Origin: an uncultured Planctomycetaceae bacterium
Lineage (GTDB): Bacteria > Planctomycetota > Planctomycetia > Pirellulales > Thermoguttaceae
Reading direction: 5' to 3'
NCBI GenBank assembly: GCA_964438165.1
Contig: CAYTJV010000045.1
Location: forward strand, 1-22,948
DNA: 22,948 nt
Below the pieces are notes generated by a model, which saw only the letters and a list, made by a program, of their open reading frames with translations, was not told the origin of the DNA and did not search any database. Within the stretch, counting starts at the first letter, position 1, and each line of letters opens with the position of its first letter. The position numbers and the translations under genes were made by a program. This document shows positions 14,988 to 22,623 of this stretch, piece by piece.

Positions 14988-16886
14988 TTACGATTGCAGG
15001 ATCGCGCCCACCGCAATCCCACCGATCGCGCCGGCGACCAGCCCGCCGATCGGGCCTGCCAGCGCGCCGACAGCCAGACCGAGCACCGCGCCGGCAACCG
15101 CGCCGCCCACAACGCCGGCGAACATCGAGACGCGTCGGGCGGTCTGTTCATCCCGCTTCAGCAGGTCGCCGTCGCGCGCCGCAAGATACTCGCCCCGGAG
15201 TGCCCGATCGTCCGGACGAGCCGTAACCAGTTCCCGCAGCGATGGACCGACTGTCGCTCGCGCCTCCGCCGCGTGCGGGCCGTTGGGATAGGAACTCAAG
15301 TAGCTCCGGTAACCCTCTGGGCTCGGGGCCTGGTGGACCGCGTTCCAGGCCAATTCTTGCTGGTGGGCCTCGTGTTTGTCAAGCTGCTGGAGGAGTTTTT
15401 CCACGGAAGGATCGTGGGGAGCCAACTGGCGGAGCCGCTCTGCCTTGGGCCGCAGTCCCTCGTAATTCTTGCTGGCGATCTGGTCCTTGATCTCCTGGCG
15501 CAACTGGGCGATCGCCTGCATCGACGTCTGCGCTTGACCGAGCACATTCTTAGCGCGGTCGAGCAAATCAGCGAGTTCGGGGTTGTGGAAGGCGTAGGGA
15601 ATCTCCTCCAGCAAGTTGACGGCCTCGGCGAACTTTCCCGCCTTCATCCATTCGTTCGCCTGCCGTATGGCCTCGTCGCGTTTCTTCTGCGCGGCGGCGT
15701 ACTCCTGTTGTACGACCGGGAGCTCCATTTCGGCCCATTTGGAAAGCCCGCGCTGGTTAGGGTCCACCGACAAGGTCATGGCGCGCAGGGTGTTGATCGC
15801 CTCCTGATACCGCGACTCGGAACGCAGAGTGGCCACCCGATCGGCAACGGCCTGGGCCTCATCGTCTGCGGCCTTCTTGCTCTGGTCGGGGGCCTCGACC
15901 GCGGGCGCTTGCTTCAACCGCGAATCCAACCCCGCAAGCGCCTGCTCGAATTCCGCGGCGGTCTGATACCGCTTCTCCCGGTCCTTGTGCAGGGCCTTGG
16001 CCAACACGGTCCGCAAGACCTCGGGGACCTCGCTCTCCCGGAAAAAACGCGGATTCTGCCCCGACAGCGCAAACCACAGCGTCCCCCCCATCCCGTAAAT
16101 GTCCGCCCGTTGGTCCACCTTCGACGCATCCACCTCCTGCTCCGGCGCCCCGTACCCAAGCGTCAACAACTGCGCCCCGGCCAGGGTGGCCCCCTCCTGC
16201 TGCGTGTTCACCTGCCGCGCCAGGCCGAAATCCGCCAGCTTCGGCTCCCAGTCCTCGTTGAAAAGGATGTTCGCCGGCTTGATGTCCCGGTGGATCACCC
16301 CACGCTTGTGCGCGTACTTCACCGCGCTGCAGAGCTTGATTCCCAGCCCCACGGTCTTGGCTAGGTCCAGCGCCCCCTTCGCCTTCACCAGCTCGTCCAG
16401 GTCCAGCGGCGGGTTGGGCGCCTCCGCAGGCCAATCGGCGCGCCCACCGGCCTCCGGACCCGCCACGTATTCCATGGCGATGTAGGGCCCCTCCGAGTCC
16501 TCGTCCATCGCGTAGACCTGCACGATGTGGAAGTGGGCTAACGATCCCACCGACTGGGCCTCAGTGTGGAACCGCTGCAAGAGCCGGCTATCCTCGGCGA
16601 ACTGTTCCGACAAGCGCTTCAAGGCCACCCAGCGATTCAGGCGGACATCCTGGGCCAGGTTCACCGTGCCCATCCCGCCCTTGCCGATCAGGTGGACCAC
16701 GCGATACTTGTCGCCGGTGCCGCCGCGCCGCTCGCCCTGGTCACCGGCGGCCGTGCTGCCGACGCCGCCATCGGCGAACGTCGCCCCGTACACGTTTTCC
16801 GGACCCGACGGCGGTTTGGCCGGCCGGGGCTGCGATCCGCTCTGGGGCGATTGTTGGCCGGCGTCGCTGATGGTGCGATCGTCCAT
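14988..16886 (-). CDS. Hanks-type Ser/Thr protein kinase with a C-terminal helical (TPR-like/coiled-coil) region and a glycine-zipper TM tail
   Basis: GGAGG ribosome-binding site. Kinase motifs are GKGGMGTV, VALKRL, HRDIKPANILF, DFGLAR and GYGAPEQ. The C-terminus is …MFAGVVGGAVAGAVLGLAVGALAGPIGGLVAGAIGGIAVGAILQS. Confidence 0.8.
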   Translation of the reverse strand: MDDRTISDAGQQSPQSGSQPRPAKPPSGPENVYGATFADGGVGSTAAGDQGERRGGTGDKYRVVHLIGKGGMGTVNLAQDVRLNRWVALKRLSEQFAEDSRLLQRFHTEAQSVGSLAHFHIVQVYAMDEDSEGPYIAMEYVAGPEAGGRADWPAEAPNPPLDLDELVKAKGALDLAKTVGLGIKLCSAVKYAHKRGVIHRDIKPANILFNEDWEPKLADFGLARQVNTQQEGATLAGAQLLTLGYGAPEQEVDASKVDQRADIYGMGGTLWFALSGQNPRFFRESEVPEVLRTVLAKALHKDREKRYQTAAEFEQALAGLDSRLKQAPAVEAPDQSKKAADDEAQAVADRVATLRSESRYQEAINTLRAMTLSVDPNQRGLSKWAEMELPVVQQEYAAAQKKRDEAIRQANEWMKAGKFAEAVNLLEEIPYAFHNPELADLLDRAKNVLGQAQTSMQAIAQLRQEIKDQIASKNYEGLRPKAERLRQLAPHDPSVEKLLQQLDKHEAHQQELAWNAVHQAPSPEGYRSYLSSYPNGPHAAEARATVGPSLRELVTARPDDRALRGEYLAARDGDLLKRDEQTARRVSMFAGVVGGAVAGAVLGLAVGALAGPIGGLVAGAIGGIAVGAILQS

Positions 16887-16924
16887 GGGGATTCCTCCAC
16901 TGGTTCTGTACTACGAACCTCAAA

Positions 16925-17002
16925 TTCAGGGTTCGGGGTTCGGGGGTCGGGATTCCCGTTCAAGCGTCTCCTCCGAGTCCTGAACCCTGAACCCCGAACC
17001 CT
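16925..17002. promoter_or_regulatory. Imperfect inverted repeat built from tandem G-tract heptamers (AGGGTTCGGGGTTCGGGGGTCGGGATTC … GAGTCCTGAACCCTGAACCCCGAACCCT). It lies between the SPFH-paralogue stop and the kinase start and is a candidate terminator, attenuator or G-quadruplex element.
   Basis: Read directly from the sequence. There are four G-runs of 3-5 on one arm and the complementary C-runs on the other, with an ~18-nt loop. Confidence 0.4.
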
Positions 17003-17004
17003 TT

Positions 17005-18933
17005 CTAGGGTTGTCCTTCCTGCGGATCCGGGGGCTGTCCCTGCGGCGCCACGTTGATGACCTGCTGCGGGCCGGTCACCTTGGCAAGCTCCTTGGCCGA
17101 CTGGTACTGTCCCCACTGCTTCACCGCTTCCTGGAGCAACGCGGTGTACTGCTCGTTGTTGCTGGCGTACGATTTGGACAGCTCGTCGCGGAATTTCTCC
17201 TGCATTTGGAACTGCTCCCGCTGGTTTCCGGCCTGCACGCTGGCGGCGTAGGCGGCGGCCAGTTGCGGATTCTCGGCCAGGGCGATGGTGAGCACGGAAT
17301 CGGGAGGGAGGTTGGCGTATTCCCTCAACATGCGGATGCGGCGATTGAGCTGCGACTCCTGCTGTTCGTCTTGCAGCCTCAACGCCTGGCCGTGCATCTC
17401 CATGGCCAACCTCATCTTTTCCTTCTGCAACTCGAACCGGGCGTGTTCCGCCGCCGTGTTCATCTCGATCTCGTGCCGGCGGGCGGCGCCGTCCATTTCC
17501 AGTCGGCGCTGCAATTGCTCCGCGCGCAACAGGTCCTTGTCGCGATCCGTTTCGCGGGCCTCCTTGATCACATGCCGGTCCAGCGCGGCCTGATCCGAAG
17601 CCATCGACATCTCGGTCTCGGTTTCCACGTGAGAGACGTCCTGGGCCTCCGCGCTGTCCATGCGCCGCTGTTCGCGGCCGATCTCCAATTCTTCTTTGCG
17701 GTCGACGAGTTGCTCGCGCTGCAAGGCATTGTCGCCGCGGCGCTTGAGAAGCTCTTCGTAACGCGGACAGATGAAGCGAAACGCCGACACCCGCTCGATC
17801 TTTAGGCCGTACGTGTTGAACGTCGTCGACATGATCCTCTGAAGGTCGCCGGCCACGCGCTCGCGAACCTCGACGGTGTTGTACAAGCGCTCGGCTTTCT
17901 CGTTGCGCACGGCCTCGATCACCGCAGCGAGGAACTCCATGCGGATTTGCTCGTAGAATTCGGCCACGGTGACGGGGACGGGCTTGGCCAGGCTGGGGCC
18001 TTTGGCCCCGGCGCCAAAGAGAACCCGGCCGACCAACTCCATGGGAAATCCAAACAGCTTCCCCACCAGCCCGCCGTGTTTGGGTTGCTGGTCTTCCGCC
18101 ATCCCCAGGGACTTCTTCTGATCCGGGCTGAGCTCCCGCAATTTCCGGTCGATGAACATCTGCAGCAGCCTCACGGGGTCGGCGCAGCGGAGAACGACCT
18201 GGGCCGTGGCCGCCCCGAGGAGGTTGTCGGCCGTGCGGATGCTCGAGCCCCGCAGCGCCGCCTCGACTTCAAAGGCCCATTTGGCCTCGTGCTCTTCGGA
18301 AAGCGTTTCAATGTCGGGGAGGAAGAACGTGGTTGCCAACGGCCCCTGTGCGACCGTGCAGAGGAACACCGGACGCATTTCCTTACCTGCCTCCAGGGCC
18401 AGCCCGAAGCTCTTGCCCAGCCCGCGCCGCGATACGTCGTACTCCCCCGCCTGCAGTACCGCCGTGCGGTGAATCTGGGACACCATGAACGTACACGTCC
18501 CGGGTTGGACCGCCAACTTCTTGATGTTCGGCAAGCTCCCATCGGGCAACTGGTCGGTGACCGTAATCAGGACCAAAGGGAGCTTCGCCATCTGCTCTTT
18601 GGAGGCCCTGGCCCGATTAAAGATGGCCCTCGCGTCAACCTCCTCGATCGGGTTATTCTGCGCGTGGAGCTCGGCGTGACAGTACATGCAGTAGCGGGCC
18701 TCGAACGTCATCTTCTGGCACTTGGGGCATTGGATCCGCTTCGATGCCGCACGGCTCGGCTTGGGATCGGTCACATCGGTGAGTGCTCCACCGCCGGACA
18801 CCGCGGAGAGCGAACCGGCGGTGATGGAATCGCGCTCTAGCCGGGCCGAAGGCAGCTCGGCCAGACAGTGCGTGCAGTACCGGGCCTCGGCCGTCATCTT
18901 GTTGCACGAAGGGCACTTGATTTGCTTGGGCAT
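17005..18933 (-). CDS. Flotillin/SPFH-like protein with an N-terminal double zinc ribbon and a long coiled coil (paralogue of 6041-7942)
   Basis: AAGGA ribosome-binding site. Two CxxC…CxxC units (MPKQIKCPSCNK…CTHC; CPKCQK…CMYC). The SPFH-like core reads …VQPGTCTFMVSQIHRTAVLQAGEYDV…VVLRCADPVRLLQMFIDRKLRELS… and has the same architecture as 6041-7942. A long E/R/Q-rich coiled coil follows. Confidence 0.6.
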   Translation of the reverse strand: MPKQIKCPSCNKMTAEARYCTHCLAELPSARLERDSITAGSLSAVSGGGALTDVTDPKPSRAASKRIQCPKCQKMTFEARYCMYCHAELHAQNNPIEEVDARAIFNRARASKEQMAKLPLVLITVTDQLPDGSLPNIKKLAVQPGTCTFMVSQIHRTAVLQAGEYDVSRRGLGKSFGLALEAGKEMRPVFLCTVAQGPLATTFFLPDIETLSEEHEAKWAFEVEAALRGSSIRTADNLLGAATAQVVLRCADPVRLLQMFIDRKLRELSPDQKKSLGMAEDQQPKHGGLVGKLFGFPMELVGRVLFGAGAKGPSLAKPVPVTVAEFYEQIRMEFLAAVIEAVRNEKAERLYNTVEVRERVAGDLQRIMSTTFNTYGLKIERVSAFRFICPRYEELLKRRGDNALQREQLVDRKEELEIGREQRRMDSAEAQDVSHVETETEMSMASDQAALDRHVIKEARETDRDKDLLRAEQLQRRLEMDGAARRHEIEMNTAAEHARFELQKEKMRLAMEMHGQALRLQDEQQESQLNRRIRMLREYANLPPDSVLTIALAENPQLAAAYAASVQAGNQREQFQMQEKFRDELSKSYASNNEQYTALLQEAVKQWGQYQSAKELAKVTGPQQVINVAPQGQPPDPQEGQP

Positions 18934-18943
18934 CGCAAAATCC

Positions 18944-20770
18944 TTAACTCGCTGCGGGAGTCGAAGTCATGTTGGGAGCCAGATATTGTGCGTCATCCAC
19001 GGGAGTGGGCAGGATCTGCCAAACGATCCGGTGGCGACCGCCGAGCACGCACGCTTGCTGCGGAGCCAAGATCTGCCAGGCCCCGTCCGATGAACACGCC
19101 AACAACTCGGGGCCGCGCTGGGGGTCCCGTTGCCAGGCTAGCCACAACACCGGCGCTTGATTTCCGGGCGGCACAAACGCCACGGGGAACCGGCCGTCGG
19201 TCAAGAGGTAACTGAGTTGTTCCGCGAGCGTATCGTTTCGGTACAGCCATAAGGTGTGTACGTGGCCGTCACACGCCTGGAGCCGCACCTGAAAGGGCAC
19301 CACCTGGGCCGGCTCCAGCCGGTCGTCATCGGCCAGCAGGCACGGCGCCGCTCTGGGCAGTCGCTCCCCGTTCACCCAGGTGCCGTTCGTGCTCCGGTCG
19401 GCGGCCCAGGCGCGGTCATCGCGCAGCTCCAGCGAGGCGTGACACCGCGACAAGCGGCCGTGTTGATGGGCGTCATAGGGCGAGGGGCGAAGCCACCAGG
19501 CGACGGCCGGATCTCCGCCCCGGCCGAGACTTGCCGACGCTCCGCACACTGCCGAGATTGCATGCCGCAGGCCCGTGTGCTGATCGTATACCCATACCGC
19601 CGCTTGCGCGCGGGCCCCGGCGGGCCAGCCGTGCTCCGACGCAGAGGCCGGCACGTTCCAACCGGCGGGCTCAGGACACGCGCCGGCCAGGCGACGGATG
19701 AAGGCATGGTCGGGTTGCAGCTCCAGGGGCTGCCAGCCGCCCGCACTGCCCAATCCACCGAGGCCCAGGTCAAACCCCTGGGGGCCCGACATCGGCGGAG
19801 CGCCCCCCACGATAAACACGTCGCCGCCCGCGTGAATCTCCTTCTTCTCCTCGTCCTCGATATTGATCACCCAAGAGGCGGTCCAGCGTCCCAGCGGCAA
19901 ATTGGCAGGCGTCTTGACCGTCAGGACGAACCGCAGGGAATCGGCCCCCGCCCATTTCGGCACGAACCGCAGGGCCTGGAACTCCTGCATCTGGCCGGAG
20001 ATCAGCCTGGTTTGAAACGCCCCAGGCGCAGACAACAACTCGGAGCCGACGTTCAACTCCACCACCGATTCCGACGAAAGATGCTCGCCGCGCACGCGAA
20101 CACGAAGCAGGCTTTGCTGGTTCTTCCGGTATTTGCCGGATGCTTCGACTTCCACGCACACCGGTCCGCCGCCAACGCCGAGGGTGGGGATCGTCAGCGG
20201 GCCGGCAAACCCGCCGGGGATCGACGGCATGGCGGGCATCGGCGGCATGGTCGGCATCGTCCCTGGGCCAGCGCCCGGTTGCACGACCGGGCGCCCGGCG
20301 GATTGCACAGGCAGACGATTCGCCGCTGCCGACGCCTCGCTCGTGGACTGGGGGGCGTCTCCGGCTTGGAATAGGGTAAGCATCTCCTCGTACTTGCCGG
20401 TCGACTGAGGCGATTGAGGCAACTGGGGCGTCGTCTTCCGCGGTGGGGCCGCCGCCGTGGCCGAGTCCCCGGAAAACAGGGACAGCATCTGATCGAAAAC
20501 CTTGCTCTGGCCGGCTCCCTGGGATAGCCCTTCGGATGGTCCCGCGGCGGCAGGTTGCGGATCGGCGGCCGCCGGCTTAGAGAGCGCATCCCGCGACGGC
20601 CCTTCGACCGCGTCTCCGCAAGAGGGGCAGAAGCTGACGTCAGGGGGGAAGGTGAGCGTGCATTCCGCTTTCCGACAGAACGCGACCCCTTCGCCACAGG
20701 CCGGACATTGCCCCGCACCGAAGGGGACGGGACTGCCGCAAGCATAACATTCGTACTCTTGTCCGCTCAC
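18944..20770 (-). CDS. Zinc-ribbon / FHA-domain protein
   Basis: The N-terminus is YECYACGSPV…CPACGEG…CPSCGD. A long Pro/Ala/Gly-rich linker with MPxMP repeats follows. The C-terminal FHA pattern reads LGRGGDPAVAWWLRP…SRCHASLELRDDRAWAADRSTNGTWVNGERLP. The start overlaps the stop of the upstream gene by 4 nt (ATGA). Confidence 0.7.
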   Translation of the reverse strand: MSGQEYECYACGSPVPFGAGQCPACGEGVAFCRKAECTLTFPPDVSFCPSCGDAVEGPSRDALSKPAAADPQPAAAGPSEGLSQGAGQSKVFDQMLSLFSGDSATAAAPPRKTTPQLPQSPQSTGKYEEMLTLFQAGDAPQSTSEASAAANRLPVQSAGRPVVQPGAGPGTMPTMPPMPAMPSIPGGFAGPLTIPTLGVGGGPVCVEVEASGKYRKNQQSLLRVRVRGEHLSSESVVELNVGSELLSAPGAFQTRLISGQMQEFQALRFVPKWAGADSLRFVLTVKTPANLPLGRWTASWVINIEDEEKKEIHAGGDVFIVGGAPPMSGPQGFDLGLGGLGSAGGWQPLELQPDHAFIRRLAGACPEPAGWNVPASASEHGWPAGARAQAAVWVYDQHTGLRHAISAVCGASASLGRGGDPAVAWWLRPSPYDAHQHGRLSRCHASLELRDDRAWAADRSTNGTWVNGERLPRAAPCLLADDDRLEPAQVVPFQVRLQACDGHVHTLWLYRNDTLAEQLSYLLTDGRFPVAFVPPGNQAPVLWLAWQRDPQRGPELLACSSDGAWQILAPQQACVLGGRHRIVWQILPTPVDDAQYLAPNMTSTPAAS

Positions 20771-22623
20771 TGCGACCGCTCCTCCACGTCACAGATCAGC
20801 CGCACGCCCAGGTCCCCGGCCCGGGTGCGCTTGCACATCGACAGCCTCGCAGAGACCCGCAATTCCGCGGGCGACCGGGATCGCCAACTCCCGCCTCGCA
20901 CCGTGCGGGCCTCTCCGCTCAAAACGCCACCGGCGCTCATGACTGTCCCGGGGGCGATCGGCCCATAGGCGCTGCTCGTCCACTCCCAGACATTGCCCAA
21001 CACGTCGATCAGCCCCCACGGATTGGCCCGCGATGGATCGGCGGGCCGGGGCCCGTCGCCAGCGAACACAGCGGGAGGACACGGGCCGAGCGGCTTCGCG
21101 GGGCCTGCTTCGGCCGCGGACGGGTCGCGGTCCGAGCCAACGGGTCGAGAACCGGCGCCGGTCGCCCACCAGGACGAACCGCTCGTCCCGGCACGCGCCA
21201 TGTACTCCCATTCGGCCTCGGTGGGCAATCGGTACCGGCGACCGTCCAGACTGTGCATCCAGGCGCAAAGCACCTCGGCATCGGCGAGGCTGAGGTCGAC
21301 GGCCGGCAGGCCGTCCGCGGCCACTGTCCCCCGGCACTGCGACGCAAACGAGCGGTCGCGCCTCAGCGCGTCCTCGGCCGGGTCGCAATCCACCGACAAG
21401 GAGTCGAGGAAACGCCGCACCACGGCGACGGTCAGCGGAAACTCCGCGGCCCAGAGATCTTGCTCGATGGCCATCTTCAGCCGCGGCAGCTCGTCGGCCC
21501 GCGCACTCCCGTCCCCGGGCGATGCTCCGAACACGAACGCCCCGCGACGAATGAGGTGAAATCGAATCCCCAGCGCATTGGTCCATGGCGACTTGACCGC
21601 CTCAACCTGCTCGCGCTGGCTCGGCCGGGACCGCTGCTCAGTGGCAATCGCTCCTGAGGGCGCCGCCACGGAATCCGAAGCCGGTGAACGAAGTGGAACC
21701 GTACCGACACGTAGGTCAGGCTTTCCATGACGAACGTAAACTTCCGAAGTCTTCGAGACTTCGGAAGTTTGTGGATGGGCTCCAAGTGGAACCGCACCTA
21801 CGTGCTTGAACCGCAGGCGCACGGGCTGACCGTGGACTTCCACGTAGGGGCGTTGCGCTTCGGCCTCAGGTAGCTCGCGCCACGCGCTACTGTGCATCCG
21901 CTCCCCCACTGCCTCGCTGAGGTCGGTGACGGCCAACTCGCCCCCCTGGAATTCGCGCAAGTATCCGAGAAGGTGATAACAGAACCAACCGTGACCGGCG
22001 ACGGGGTATTCGTACGACCGCTGCCCTTCCCAACAGGCACTGATCACCGAGCGAAGCTGGCGCCGATGGCCACCGACATCCGCCCGCGCGCGATCGTCCT
22101 TGGCCAAGGCGCGAATGTCGCGAGCCATGGCCGCATTCAGCGCGTCGCTCTCAACGCTCCGCGCCAGCGCGCGGGCATCGTTTCGACATGCATCCAGAAT
22201 CACCAGTTGTTGTCCCGCGCTCAGATGGCGCGTGTAATCGCGGAGGATTTCCAGCGAAATGGCGGTGTCGCGCAAGAGCAACTCGGAGGCCGGCTCCGAG
22301 TCTGCGGTCAGCAGGTAGGTTCCCTCACCCAGCGAAAATCCATGGCCGGCAAAATAGAGAAGGAAGGTATCTTCGGGGCCCATGGGCGCCTTCGAGAACT
22401 TGTCGAGGGTGCGAAGCACCTCGGGCCTCCGCGGGACTTCGGCGCCGGGACGTGCCGGCGACGTGAGCATCAAGCACCGATCGTCGTCGAGGTCCATTCG
22501 CTGGCTCAACAACTCCCGCACCGCGAGCACGTCGGCCACAGCGAACTTGAGGGGCTGGACTGCTCGGCTCGCGTACTCGTTGACTCCGATCAACAGCACG
22601 TACAAGCGGCCACCAGTGCTCAT
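20767..22623 (-). CDS. Caspase (peptidase C14)-like domain fused to an FGE/SUMF1-type (formylglycine-generating-enzyme-like) domain
   Basis: AGGGAG ribosome-binding site 5 nt before the ATG. The N-terminal caspase-like His/Cys dyad is LYVLLIGVNEY…YFAGHGF…LVILDACRND. The C-terminal FGE-domain motifs are RLPTEAEWEYMARAG, GNVWEWTSS and VRGGSWRS. The 33-bp palindrome copy 3 lies in-frame in the linker, so a two-gene interpretation cannot be excluded. Confidence 0.65.
   Translation of the reverse strand: MSTGGRLYVLLIGVNEYASRAVQPLKFAVADVLAVRELLSQRMDLDDDRCLMLTSPARPGAEVPRRPEVLRTLDKFSKAPMGPEDTFLLYFAGHGFSLGEGTYLLTADSEPASELLLRDTAISLEILRDYTRHLSAGQQLVILDACRNDARALARSVESDALNAAMARDIRALAKDDRARADVGGHRRQLRSVISACWEGQRSYEYPVAGHGWFCYHLLGYLREFQGGELAVTDLSEAVGERMHSSAWRELPEAEAQRPYVEVHGQPVRLRFKHVGAVPLGAHPQTSEVSKTSEVYVRHGKPDLRVGTVPLRSPASDSVAAPSGAIATEQRSRPSQREQVEAVKSPWTNALGIRFHLIRRGAFVFGASPGDGSARADELPRLKMAIEQDLWAAEFPLTVAVVRRFLDSLSVDCDPAEDALRRDRSFASQCRGTVAADGLPAVDLSLADAEVLCAWMHSLDGRRYRLPTEAEWEYMARAGTSGSSWWATGAGSRPVGSDRDPSAAEAGPAKPLGPCPPAVFAGDGPRPADPSRANPWGLIDVLGNVWEWTSSAYGPIAPGTVMSAGGVLSGEARTVRGGSWRSRSPAELRVSARLSMCKRTRAGDLGVRLICDVEERSQ
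21738..21770. repeat. Copy 3 of the 33-bp palindromic element, located inside the caspase-FGE ORF (in-frame, 11 codons, translated as TSEVSKTSEV)
   Basis: An exact core match to copy 2. It sits between the caspase-like and FGE-like domains. Confidence 0.85.

Noticed and set aside
14748-16364. A 538-aa plus-strand ORF, and the 11040-12449 and 12573-13382 plus-strand ORFs
   Set aside because: They are antisense to the two Ser/Thr kinase genes, which have complete Hanks motif sets. Their composition is artefactual.
21738-21770. Treating the palindrome as proof that 20767-22623 is two genes
   Set aside because: There is no stop codon or plausible ATG start between the domains, and the element is 11 codons long and in-frame, so the single-fusion reading is kept. 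The two-gene alternative is kept as a finding.
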